Below are positions 52,361 through 63,276 of a stretch of DNA of 64,000 bases, piece after piece. This DNA comes from Piromyces finnis finn (lineage: Eukaryota; Fungi; Neocallimastigomycota): contig MCFH01000058.1 in the NCBI GenBank assembly GCA_002104945.1, positions 186,001 to 250,000 on the forward strand. Reading direction: 5' to 3'. The notes under the pieces were generated by a model. The model saw nothing but the letters and a program-made list of their open reading frames with translations. It did no database searches and was not told the DNA's origin. A program made the position numbers and the translations under genes. Positions within the stretch are counted from its first letter, which is position 1; each line of letters starts with the position of its first letter.

Positions 52361-53797
52361 TCACATTCTTCTCTTGTTCCTTCTGGATTTCTCAATTGCC
52401 ATATCTTCTTTTTTATCTTTACTTTTTTTCTGGATTTGATCTTGAATTTCTTTTACTTGAGCTTTTGAAAGAGCAGATCTAATGGTAACAACTGCATTTT
52501 CTGGTGGCCGAACAAACACAATTTTATATAAATTTAAATCATAAAGATATTCACAGGCTTTCAATGAATCATTACCATTTAGCATTTTATTTAATTCTTC
52601 ACCAATTTTACTACGACTAGTTCTTGTACTTAACATATTCTAAAAAAAATAATAATAATAAAAATATAGATTCTAATCTTTAAATATTATATAAAAATTT
52701 TCATATTTTAATTTAATTGCTATTATTTGAAATAAAATGAAATTCAAATATTTGTTACATACTTGTATTTCTTCATTTTTTATTGCTTCTAACACATTTT
52801 TTTCAATAGTGTGTCCGAAATGAGAAGCAAAACGCACTACTCTAAGTGTTCTTAAAGGATCGTCATTAAATGTTTCATATGGTGGTAATGGTGTTCTTAT
52901 GATTTTTTCCTTTAAATCATGTAAACCCTTCATTATTTGTTATGTATGTTAAATGAATAAATTGTTTTTAATTTAATTAGAAAGAAGGGATAATATTTAA
53001 TTATATTAATATTTAATTATTAAGATCTTCAATTTTAAAAAGATTTAATGTATCAATTTCACATTAAATAAATAATAATAAATAATATACCATTTTTGTA
53101 AAATCTTCAACTTCCTTAGTTTGAATATTGTAAAATAAAGCATTGATAGTAATATCACGTCGTTAAGCATCTACTGTTGGTGTGCCATAATTTATGGAAT
53201 ACTTATTTGGTTCTGTACTGCCTATTACTGTTGGTGTATCACCACTTAAGTTTACAAAATCAATTGATTGACCTAAAACCTTTCCAGTCGCAGTTTCCAT
53301 ATTTTTATTTTTTTCTGGATTAGCGGCTACTCGAGCCATATGAGAAACTTCTAAGTTATTATTTAACATATATTCTCTTACTAATAAAGCAAAATCATAG
53401 CCCATCATATTATCTACAACAACATCAATATCATTTGATTCAAGACCCAATAACTTTAATGGGTTTTTTTTTATTATTATTATTGTAATATCATTGTTAA
53501 TTATTAGAATATATAAGTAATATTTAAATTTTATATTTTTTTTTTAATTTTATTTTATTTTAGTAATTTTTAATCATAAAAAAAGGACTTATTTTATATC
53601 TTTTTAGTTTAAATAAGAAATAAATATTTATTCTTTTATTTAATAGATAAGATTTTATAAACTTACTTTATCTCTAACCCAACCACCTGCAATTCTTAAA
53701 GTTGGCCTTTCTTTTTTTTTTTTTTTTCTTTTATATATTCGTAAACATTACTTAATATATCAATTTTATTCTCATTTTCAGTAAAATTTATTTTCAT
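52361..53797 (-). pseudogene. CCA1: tRNA nucleotidyltransferase (class II, CCA1-like) paralog, four exons, disrupted as assembled
   Basis: Exons 53797-53667, 53453-53091, 52927-52763 and 52639-52361 with GT-AG introns; RIAGGWVRDKLLG, DIDVVVD, RRDITINALFYN and DDPLR motifs; in-frame TAA at 53163-53165; 1-nt shift in a T16 run; short C-terminus. Confidence 0.8.
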
Positions 53798-56700
53798 GAT
53801 AATCTATTAAATATTTTTATTTATTTATTTATTTATATTGTGAATAATTGTTTCGTTTTAGTTTTCTTTAATAATAGATTTTAACTTACAAACTCTTCCT
53901 TGATATAATAATACAATAATTAAACAATTTTTTTAAAAGATATATGTTTTTTATCCAATGAAATATCATCATTTTTTATATATATTCTGCATAAGAAATT
54001 TTAAAGGAAAAATAAGATTTTAATCATAAAAATCTACATAATAATAGATTTTATTAAGGATTAGGGTTATAATGATTTGGATGATGATTGATTTTTCTTT
54101 GATACGAAGAAAAATATTATCTTAATTCTATAAATGAATATAGAAAGTGATAATATTTGTATCTAAAATTTAATAAATAAAAATAAATAAGAAAATAAAA
54201 ATAGAATGAATGATTTTTATACTTGTTCATTTGCAAGTCTTTGTTAGTTTAAAATATAAAATTATTTTATTTAATTATAAAGTTTTAATATTTAATAACT
54301 CTTGTATTATTAAATATATATATGTTATGGTTTAATACATCTTGAATGTATGTAAATATAATCACAATTATTATTTTAATAAAATTTAATATTATTATCT
54401 AATTTTACTGGATTATTAGGAACATCTTTTAAAATAAAATAATTCTATCACTATTTATACAAAATTATTATTTTAAAGTATAATTATAAACAAATATAAA
54501 CTATTTAATTTAAAACTAAATAAACAATTAAATAGACAAAAAGTTTACATTTATAGTTTTTAATTTAATAATTTTATACATGTTAATTATTTTAATTTTC
54601 AACTATCTGTGTTTTAATAATATTATTATTATTATTATTATTATAAATTCATAATTTATAAATTTAATTATTTATCAATATCTTCGCCCTTAAGATATAA
54701 CTTCGTCCCTTGAAGTTATGAAAAGAAAAATAATAGATAAATAATTAAATTTTATAAATAATTAAAGATCTTCATTTTATTACTTCCTCTTCTTCTTAGG
54801 ATTTTCTTCTTTTCTTTCTTTATATGCATGTTTAATTTCTAATGTCCTCCATTAATTTATTTTTAATATATAATTTTCCGGATATTTTTTTTTATAGTAG
54901 CTGCAGTGTCTTTTTCAAATAAATTTATTCTTCATTTATATCCACATCAAATAAAGCTTACTTAAGGTTTATTATTATTTAAAGTTTATTTTCTGATACT
55001 TTTATTCCATTATCCACATATTATTTTGAAATTCATATAAGTTTTTAGAAGAGCGGAGCAGTGGGAATATAATGTTTTTCATTCAGGTGAAATATACATT
55101 ATAATTTTATTATTTTATAATATATAATTGGTATATTATAATTGATTATGGATTTATAATTGAATTATATTATAATGTTTTTGTATTATAATATTGATTT
55201 TATTTTAAATAATTTGAATATTTAAAATTTTGATATTAATGTTGTTTATTTAATTATTGGAATTAAATATTTGTGAAATTTTTTTTTAATATATATTAAT
55301 AATATATTGGAATATATTAATATATATTGTTGAAGTATTGTTAATTCTGATTTTAATTAATTTTGAAATTAATTAAATTTGAAGTAGCAGTAGTTTCCTA
55401 TGGGGAACAGAGAGGTTCGCGTAATTCCCTCCGGCCTTAAGACTAGCTACGCAGTAGATTTTTGGATTCTCCACCATTTGATACGAAGAAAAATATTATC
55501 TTAATTCTATAAATGAATATAGAAAGTGATAATATTTGTATCTAAAATTTAATAAATAAAAATAAATAAGAAAATAAAAATAGAATGAATGATTTTTATA
55601 CTTGTTCATTTGCAAGTCTTTGTTAGTTTAAAATATAAAATTATTTTATTTAATTATAAAGTTTTAATATTTAATAACTCTTGTATTATTAAATATATAT
55701 ATGTTATGGTTTAATACATCTTGAATGTATGTAAATATAATCACAATTATTATTTTAATAAAATTTAATATTATTATCTAATTTTACTGGATTATTAGGA
55801 ACATCTTTTAAAATAAAATAATTCTATCACTATTTATACAAAATTATTATTTTAAAGTATAATTATAAACAAATATAAACTATTTAATTTAAAACTAAAT
55901 ATTCAATTAAATAGACAAAAAGTTTACATTTATAGTTTTTAATTTAATAATTTTATACATGTTAATTATTTTAATTTTCAACTATCTGTGTTTTAATAAT
56001 ATTATTATTATTATTATTATTATAAATTCATAATTTATAAATTTAATTATGTAAAATATTCTAAACTAAGTTCAGGTTTGTATACACTCAATATTCTAAA
56101 CTACACTTTAAATTATTTTTAATTTTTTATATTTTATTTATTAAATTATTTTAAAATAACTAAACTAAAACAACCGTTGATTACTTTACCGTGAAGGATA
56201 TTTTACCAGAGCCCTCACTAAGTAATCAATTTATTTTATTTAAAACTAAAATTATTAATCTAAACTATAAACTAATGTTAATTTATCTATACTAAATTAA
56301 CCTATACGATTTTCCAACTATCGTTTCAATAGTTGAAAAATTTTCTTTATTTATACTTTTTAAATAAATTGAATAAATTCTAATATACATGTTTTAATAT
56401 TATAATTTTACATTGTTTACATTTATGCATTTATTAAAAGAATTTATTTGTATTAAACTATTTAAATTCAATTTATTTACTAAAGAATTTTCTAAACTTA
56501 AAATAAAGTTTTGATTTATTTACTATATGGTTGATTATATTTCAAACATATATTCAATTTATTTATTTCTAATTTTGAGGCTTAGTTTATAAAAAAAATT
56601 TTTTATTATCTAAAATATTTATTGGTTAAAATTTATTTAATTTAAAATTTTATTTTATCATCAAAAACTTTATCTTATCATAAAATTATATTTTACATAA

Positions 56701-56831
56701 ATTTATGTTAATGTATTGTGATATAAATTTTATGGAAATTTACGGTACATTAATTTAATACATTATACATTATTTTAAATACGTATTAAATACATTATTC
56801 TATTAATACAATATTTTACATGCCCCTCTTC

Positions 56832-59800
56832 TTAAGTCGAGCCCCTGAGCGACTTATGTTTAAGGTATTCCTGGATCAACTGAGGGTCTTCGATTTCATC
56901 TTCTCTAAGCCATGTACTTTCTGAAGGTAATAAACTTTTCCAAACCACAAAGTAGTACTTAGTTCCATTAACAACTTTTTCACTAACAATTTTCAATGGA
57001 ATTCTTCCTTCAGTAGAATCAGTAGCAATGTTTGGAATTCTAGAAGTTGATTCATTCACTTCAACTTCTCTTTCAACAAAAGGTTCTAAATTCGAAATGT
57101 GAAAAACGGGATGACATCTTAAACTTTCTGGTAGTTCCAATTTATAAGAAACAGGTCCTGTTTTTTCAATGATCTTAAATGGTCCAAGTTTCTTATTTGT
57201 TAATTTTGGAGGCCCTTTCGGAAGTAAATCAGGACGCTTTAACCAAACTAAGTCACCAACCTTTAACTTAGGTCCAATAAGTCTAATACAATCGGCGTAT
57301 TTCTTATATCTTTCCTTGGCTTTTTCTAAGTTCTTCTTTAAAAATTTAATATTGTCTTGCATCTGAGAGGCGTGCCTGTTAGCTCTTCTGTTGTCACTAT
57401 CAGCAGGAATATCGGTATTAAATCTTGGATTTTGCCCATAATTTGCAAAGAATGGAGTTTGATTTATAGATTGCTGAAGTGTATTATTATACGCAAATTC
57501 GGCATAAGGCAGAAGATTCATCCAGTTATCTTTTCTTTTGTTAATGTAACATCTAAGAAATTGTTCTAAAATACTATTTACACGTTCAGTCTGTCCGTCT
57601 GTTTGAGGATGGTGAGCACTCGAAATATTGTGCTTAATGTTCAACAAAGTGCATAATCTTTGCCAAAATTCAGAAGTAAATTGGGTTCCTCGATCCGATA
57701 TTATTTCATCAGGTAGGCCATGTAAACGAAAAACTTCTCTAAAGAAAACATCAGCGGCAATTTGAGCAGTCGGAATCATTCTAAACGGAATAAAATGAGC
57801 CATCTTCGTTAATCTATCCACAACAACCATTATAACTGTTTTTTCCTTTGACTTTGGCAAATCAGTTATAAAATCCATAGAAACAGAAGACCACGGTCTT
57901 TCAGGAGTTGGTAGCGGCTGTAAAAGTCCATAAGGTCTATGACGATCAACCTTAGCAGCTCCACAAACTTTACAAGAAGCAATAAACTTAACTATATCTT
58001 GAGTCATGTTTATCCAAACAAAGTTTCTTGTAATTAATTCTTTTGTTTTAATAATACCAAAATGACCATGAATTGGATTGTCATGATGCATTGAGATTAT
58101 TATATCTCTCATTTTCTTTGGTACATAAATTAAACTTTTATACAAAAGAATTCCTTCTTCGCTTAACTTAAAATTCTTCATTAACTTCTTATACTTCTTA
58201 CTTGCGGTAGATTTTCCTTGTAGAATATTTATTAACTCCTTAATTTCTTCATCTTCTTTAATTTCTTTAATTAAATCTTCTTTGAGATTCCCTTGAATAG
58301 ACACAAGACATAAAGTATCTTCGATTTCTTTAACTGTCAAGCAAGAATAGGCTTCTTCGTCTTCTTTATTACTTTTATCTTCTTCATAATCAGGACGTCT
58401 TGAAAAAGCATCAGGTTTTCCACCTTCTTTACCCGGTCTATATTGTATTTTGAAATCATAACGGGTCAAAAACAAATTCCAGCGAATTTGTCTTTGCGAC
58501 AATAGTTCAGGCTTTCTAGGAAAGGTAAGATTTTTATGATCCGTATAGATCATAAATTGATGCTTGGCTCCTTCTAAGTAGTGTCTCCATTGTTTCAAAG
58601 CTTCAATAACAGCCAAAAGTTCCTTATCATAAATAGGATAATTCTTTTCCGATTTAGTCAATCCCCTTGAATAATAACAAATTGGATGAAGTTCATTATT
58701 ATTCGGTAACCTTTGAGACAATACAGCACCAATTACAAAATTACTTGCATCTGTCTCAACCACAAAAGGTAATTCAGGATCAGCATGAATTAAAATTGGT
58801 TCTTCGGTAAAGAATTTCTTTAAAGTACAAAAAGCTTCATTACATTCTTCTGACCAATGAAATTTAACATCTTTCTTTGTTAGATTATGTAACGGTTTAG
58901 CAATACCAGCAAAGTTTGGAATAAATCTTCTATAATAATTACATAATCCGATAAATGATTGCACTTCTTTAACAGATGTTGGTACAGGCCATTCCATAAT
59001 AGCTTTAACCTTCTTTGGATCCATAGAGATTCCTTTATCTGAGATAACATGCCCTAAGAAAGTAGTTTCTGAAGTTTCAAATTCGCATTTACTAAGTTTT
59101 GCATATAAGCCATTTTCTTTTAATCTTTGAAGAACTTTCTTTACGTGCTTTCGATGTTCTTCTAAGTTTTTCGAATAGATAAGAATATCATCAATATAAG
59201 AAAAAGCGAATTCATCCAAGTATTCCCCGAGAACATCATTGATAAAATGTTGGAAAGTTGCAGGAGCGTTTTTCAACCCAAACGGCATGACAAAGTGACC
59301 AAATCTTGTCCTAAATGCAGTTTTATATTCATCACCTTCATTTATTCGAACTAGATTATAAGCAGACTTGAGATCAAGTTTAGTAAAGACTTTTGCTTCT
59401 CTTAATCTATCGAATAATTCAGATATGAGAGGTAATGGATAAGAATCCCTGATTATGTTTTCATTGAGTCTTCGGTAGTCAACACACAATTTTAAAGTCC
59501 CATCCTTTTTCCTAACGAACAACACAGGTGCTCCGGCAGGTGAAGTAGACGGTCTAATAAATCCTTTTTCTAAATTTTCAGAAATATACTCCTTTAACGT
59601 ATTCCTTTCTTCTTCTGTCAAAGGGTATAACGGACCATAAAATAAGTTATCTTTATCTTTCAATCTTATTTTACAATCGTATATTCGATGTGGAGGTAGT
59701 TCATTACACTCAACTTCATCAAATACACTTTCAAATTCCTTATATACATCAGGAATTTCTACAACACTTTCTTCAACATCTTTACCTTTATTTCCTTCAT

Positions 59801-60116
59801 TTGAAATAACACTACATACAATATACTTTTGAACATTCTTTTTATTTAATTTTAAGTTTTTACTACATTTCTTTTTAATACATGAATTCTTATTTTTATC
59901 TATAATTTTTATATTTTCTTTGTTCTTAATTTCACTATATCTAATTTTTAAACTATTTTTATAATTATTGAGTATTTCCTGTACTAGTTCCTTTTCTTTT
60001 CTTCTTTCTTCTTCCTTGGACAATTCTTCTTCTTTGCTTCTTTTTTCCATTTCTTCTGGAGTAGCACAGCAATTTAAAGAACAGAATTTGGACTTAAATT
60101 CTAGAGTTAGGATCAT
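56832..60116 (-). CDS. pol: E Pol (RT-RNase H-IN-chromodomain), frameshifted from the protease
   Basis: YIDD, HHCC, DDE, GPF and chromodomain (YYFVVWK...STW) motifs; lacks EYL in GHF-EYL-VMPFGL. Confidence 0.88.
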   Translation of the reverse strand: MILTLEFKSKFCSLNCCATPEEMEKRSKEEELSKEEERRKEKELVQEILNNYKNSLKIRYSEIKNKENIKIIDKNKNSCIKKKCSKNLKLNKKNVQKYIVCSVISNEGNKGKDVEESVVEIPDVYKEFESVFDEVECNELPPHRIYDCKIRLKDKDNLFYGPLYPLTEEERNTLKEYISENLEKGFIRPSTSPAGAPVLFVRKKDGTLKLCVDYRRLNENIIRDSYPLPLISELFDRLREAKVFTKLDLKSAYNLVRINEGDEYKTAFRTRFGHFVMPFGLKNAPATFQHFINDVLGEYLDEFAFSYIDDILIYSKNLEEHRKHVKKVLQRLKENGLYAKLSKCEFETSETTFLGHVISDKGISMDPKKVKAIMEWPVPTSVKEVQSFIGLCNYYRRFIPNFAGIAKPLHNLTKKDVKFHWSEECNEAFCTLKKFFTEEPILIHADPELPFVVETDASNFVIGAVLSQRLPNNNELHPICYYSRGLTKSEKNYPIYDKELLAVIEALKQWRHYLEGAKHQFMIYTDHKNLTFPRKPELLSQRQIRWNLFLTRYDFKIQYRPGKEGGKPDAFSRRPDYEEDKSNKEDEEAYSCLTVKEIEDTLCLVSIQGNLKEDLIKEIKEDEEIKELINILQGKSTASKKYKKLMKNFKLSEEGILLYKSLIYVPKKMRDIIISMHHDNPIHGHFGIIKTKELITRNFVWINMTQDIVKFIASCKVCGAAKVDRHRPYGLLQPLPTPERPWSSVSMDFITDLPKSKEKTVIMVVVDRLTKMAHFIPFRMIPTAQIAADVFFREVFRLHGLPDEIISDRGTQFTSEFWQRLCTLLNIKHNISSAHHPQTDGQTERVNSILEQFLRCYINKRKDNWMNLLPYAEFAYNNTLQQSINQTPFFANYGQNPRFNTDIPADSDNRRANRHASQMQDNIKFLKKNLEKAKERYKKYADCIRLIGPKLKVGDLVWLKRPDLLPKGPPKLTNKKLGPFKIIEKTGPVSYKLELPESLRCHPVFHISNLEPFVEREVEVNESTSRIPNIATDSTEGRIPLKIVSEKVVNGTKYYFVVWKSLLPSESTWLREDEIEDPQLIQEYLKHKSLRGST

Positions 60117-60405
60117 GTTTTCTTAACCAATTCTTGCCCAAAATAACAGAAATACCAGAAGGAAGATCGGTAAGGTAGAATTGAATGGATTCCTTATGAT
60201 TCTTGATATTCATTATCAAAGGAATTGTTTCATACTTCAAAAATCCATTACCACCTATACCTTCAACATATTTATCCTTAAACATTCTTTGGAATGGAAT
60301 CTTGTACTTATCAACGGCCTTCCAATCCAAAAAGTCCAAGTCCGAACCAGAATCCACAAGAGCCTTAAGATAAACACCATTATTGTAACAGAATATCGTA
60401 AACAT
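60094..60405 (-). CDS. E aspartic protease fragment
   Basis: LVDSGS and VILGKNWL motifs; out of frame with both gag and pol. Confidence 0.8.
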   Translation of the reverse strand: MFTIFCYNNGVYLKALVDSGSDLDFLDWKAVDKYKIPFQRMFKDKYVEGIGGNGFLKYETIPLIMNIKNHKESIQFYLTDLPSGISVILGKNWLRKHDPNSRI

Positions 60406-61366
60406 TTAACATTCTTCTTCCAGCGGTAGTAGCCATGAATGCTTTTGGTCTATTTATAACCTTATCCTTAAGTTGAGGACAATCCTTTTTAACATGTCCA
60501 GTCCTTTTGCAGAAGAAACATTTTCTTGGTTTAACTGAGGTAGTGGGGCTTTCTTGGTCTATATAATTTCTATATTTTACACCATAAGAGAGGTACCTTG
60601 ATCCTAAGTCTCTGTTATATCTTCGGTTCTTCTTTCCGTCGACATCCATAGGATCTTTTCCAAAGACTTTCCATTCTAATTCTATATTGGCAGCAACGAC
60701 ATTAATTAACTCAGTTAACTTCCTAATTCTTGGGTAAAGGAGCTTAGCTTTTTCCTTGACTGAAGTTGGTAAACCTTCCATAAAGAAATGGATTTTCGCT
60801 TCATCGTTAAAAGACGAGTCTCTAGCCATCTTTTCAAATTCTTCGCAGTAGTCCATGACGTTCTTGAATTGACTTGACTTCAATTTTGCAAGTCGACTAT
60901 TGGCTACATCGGCACTGTTGCAAGTTTTGTAGCGAGCCTTCATTGCCTCGATAAAGTCTTCGTAAGAGTTCAACAGGGGGCTTTCTTCTCTTTCTAAGTC
61001 GGCAAACCATTCGGCGGCGGTTCCTTCCAGGTAGCATCCCAAGATATCCAGCTTGTAGGCGTCGGTAGCATCTTCTTCCAAGTTATATTTAAAGTATTTC
61101 TCCAATCTTGCCAGGAAGTAAAGAAGTTCACTTCTTTTTCCCGAAAATCTTGGAGGTTTTGGGATGAGTTTTCCCCTGGTGTTAACGCTTTTACCAGTCT
61201 CATCCTCAATATCCATCATGGAACTCGCCTCAGAGCCTGCGTCACTGACTCCAGCTATTCCATCGTCACGGTTGTCTAACATTCTATATCTAGTATTCAT
61301 ATTACTACTTAATAAACAACAAATAGTCAACCAATATTTAATATCCCAATTATTTATACTATTCAA
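60380..61366 (-). CDS. gag: E Gag with CCHC zinc knuckle
   Basis: PKPPRFSG, LEGTAAEWF, FMEGL and CFFCKRTGHVKKDC motifs; true start probably downstream of the listed ATG. Confidence 0.88.
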   Translation of the reverse strand: MNSINNWDIKYWLTICCLLSSNMNTRYRMLDNRDDGIAGVSDAGSEASSMMDIEDETGKSVNTRGKLIPKPPRFSGKRSELLYFLARLEKYFKYNLEEDATDAYKLDILGCYLEGTAAEWFADLEREESPLLNSYEDFIEAMKARYKTCNSADVANSRLAKLKSSQFKNVMDYCEEFEKMARDSSFNDEAKIHFFMEGLPTSVKEKAKLLYPRIRKLTELINVVAANIELEWKVFGKDPMDVDGKKNRRYNRDLGSRYLSYGVKYRNYIDQESPTTSVKPRKCFFCKRTGHVKKDCPQLKDKVINRPKAFMATTAGRRMLNVYDILLQ

Positions 61367-61611
61367 CTTGACTATTCCTAATTATTTTATTCTTATATTA
61401 AATAAATAATTTAACAACCTTATTATTATACTATACTAACCTTTTTATTATTTACTACTACTAAACTAACAACTAGTTATTAACCAAACTAATATATTTT
61501 TATTATTACTATTTATTGATTATTAACTATTAAACTATTTTAACAACAAATTATTCTATACCAAATAATTATAAAATACCCCGAAATTAACTAAAATTAA
61601 TTTCTAACAAA

Positions 61612-61647
<36 letters not shown>

Positions 61648-61772
61648 TAATATATTTTATATAATCCCCGAATTTAATTCTATTATTAAATTCTCACTAT
61701 AATTAATTTTTTTTTTTATAATATTATTTTCTATTACTATTCGTATACAAAGGTGAACTTCCTATTCTAATA

Positions 61773-61783
61773 AGTTGGAAAAT
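61773..61783 (-). promoter_or_regulatory. Self-priming PBS of element E
   Basis: ATTTTCCAACT abuts the 5' LTR and is complementary to LTR positions 62043-62053. Confidence 0.82.
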
Positions 61784-62577
61784 TGTAAAATATTCTAAAC
61801 TAAGTTCAGGTTTGTATACACTCAATATTCTAAACTACACTCTAAATTATTTTTAATTTTTTATATTTTATTTATTAAATTATTTTAAAATAACTAAACT
61901 AAAACAACCGTTGATTACTTTACCGTGAAGGATATTTTACCAGAGCCCTCACTAGGTAATCAATTTATTTTATTTAAAACTAAAATTATTAATCTAAACT
62001 ATAAACTAATGTTAATTTATCTATACTAAATTAACCTATACGATTTTCCAACTATCGTTTCAATAGTTGAAAAATTTTCTTTATTTATACTTTTTAAATA
62101 AATTGAATAAATTCTAATATACATGTTTTAATATTATAATTTTACATTGTTTACATTTATACATTTATTAAAAGAAATTATTTGTATTAAACTATTTAAA
62201 TTCAATTTATTTACTACAGAATTTTCTAAACTTAAAATAAAGTTTTGATTTATTTACTATATGGTTGATTATATTTCAAACATATATTCAATTTATTTAT
62301 TTCTAATTTTGAGGCTTAGTTTATAAAAAAAATTTTTTATTATCTAAAATATTTATTGGTTAAAATTTATTTAATTTAAAATTTTATTTTATCATCAAAA
62401 ACTTTATCTTATCATAAAATTATATTTTACATAAATTTATGTTAATGTATTGTGATATAAATTTTATGGAAATTTACGGTACATTAATTTAATACATTAT
62501 ACATTATTTTAAATACGTATTAAATACATTATTCTATTAATACAATATTTTACAAATTATTTATCATCTTCAAAATT

Positions 62578-63130
62578 TCGTTCCAGTTTTTATCCTGGTT
62601 GTTAAGGCGTTTCCTTAGCATACATAAGGCTTCTGGTTCGACCCCGCAGATGTCAGTGCCTGTGGATTTTCCCACTGGGTTTGCCATGGGTTGGGTTATG
62701 ATATTCAGGTAAGTATAAATGAACTTTCTAATTTACTACTATGATAATAACACTCGTCTAGCCGGCCTGAGAGGGTCTAGTGTACATGGTACATTCCAAA
62801 TTAGAACTTAATAAGTGGTGACTTAGGCTATGCCAAAAACACACAATATTCCTTAATCAATTTAAGTGTAAACATTAGGGGGCGGTTGACACGTGATCAA
62901 ATTGACTATAAGAGGCTTAGCATTGTAGTTGTGAAATATCGTACAACGACATGCATCTAATGTACATGGATTAAGTGAGCGTCGAAGCTGAAGAAACAGT
63001 ATGACAGACCAGGAGGGTCACAACCACCTAGCAATAGGAATGAGCCAACGTTTCTCTAAGAACCACCATTGGAGCTAACTCTGATCGATGGGAGAAATGC
63101 ACTCGGAAGTTAAAAAAAAAAAAAAAAAAA
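62578..63130 (+). mobile_element. Probable tRNA-derived SINE with LINE-related 3' segment
   Basis: tRNA-like head (stem CCTTA/TAAGG with 7-nt loop; B-box GGTTCGACCC at 62635); 31/34 match to LINE 978-1011 at 62987-63020; A19 tail; 13-bp TSD TTTCTTCAAAATT. Confidence 0.75.
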
Positions 63131-63276
63131 TTTCTTCAAAATTATGAATTATTTTTAAGTATTTCATTATTAAAATAAATATAAAAAAAACTAGATGCAT
63201 ATATTACCATTTATTTTAATTTAAGCTATTATTTTTCATACTATTACCAAAACAACTATTAAAAGATTAATATTTA

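Larger units (their letters stand above)
56050..62554 (-). mobile_element. Ty3/gypsy chromovirus E
   Basis: 771-bp LTRs 56050-56820 and 61784-62554 with only a few differences; TSD AATTA/AATTA; PPT about 56821-56832. Confidence 0.95.
54100..62566 (-). mobile_element. TRIM-like element B, copy 2 (complete; 5' LTR interrupted by element E)
   Basis: LTR 54100-54677; internal 54678-55478; PBS 55466-55476; LTR 55479-56049 plus 62560-62566; 4-bp TSD TCTT/TCTT. Confidence 0.9.

Noticed and set aside
53711-53728. Frameshift in exon 1 of the CCA1-like gene, considered as programmed
   Set aside because: It falls in a T16 homopolymer and one extra base restores the frame; most likely a sequencing error.
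60380-60420. Programmed +1 frameshift between E gag and protease
   Set aside because: A TAA lies directly before the protease ATG in the +1 frame and no Ty-type CUU AGG-like site is visible; it looks like decay.
62988-63100. Hammerhead ribozyme suggested by CTGAAGA ... GAAA in the SINE tail
   Set aside because: No stem II closing pairs or stem I/III could be formed, and the segment is explained as LINE ORF2-derived.
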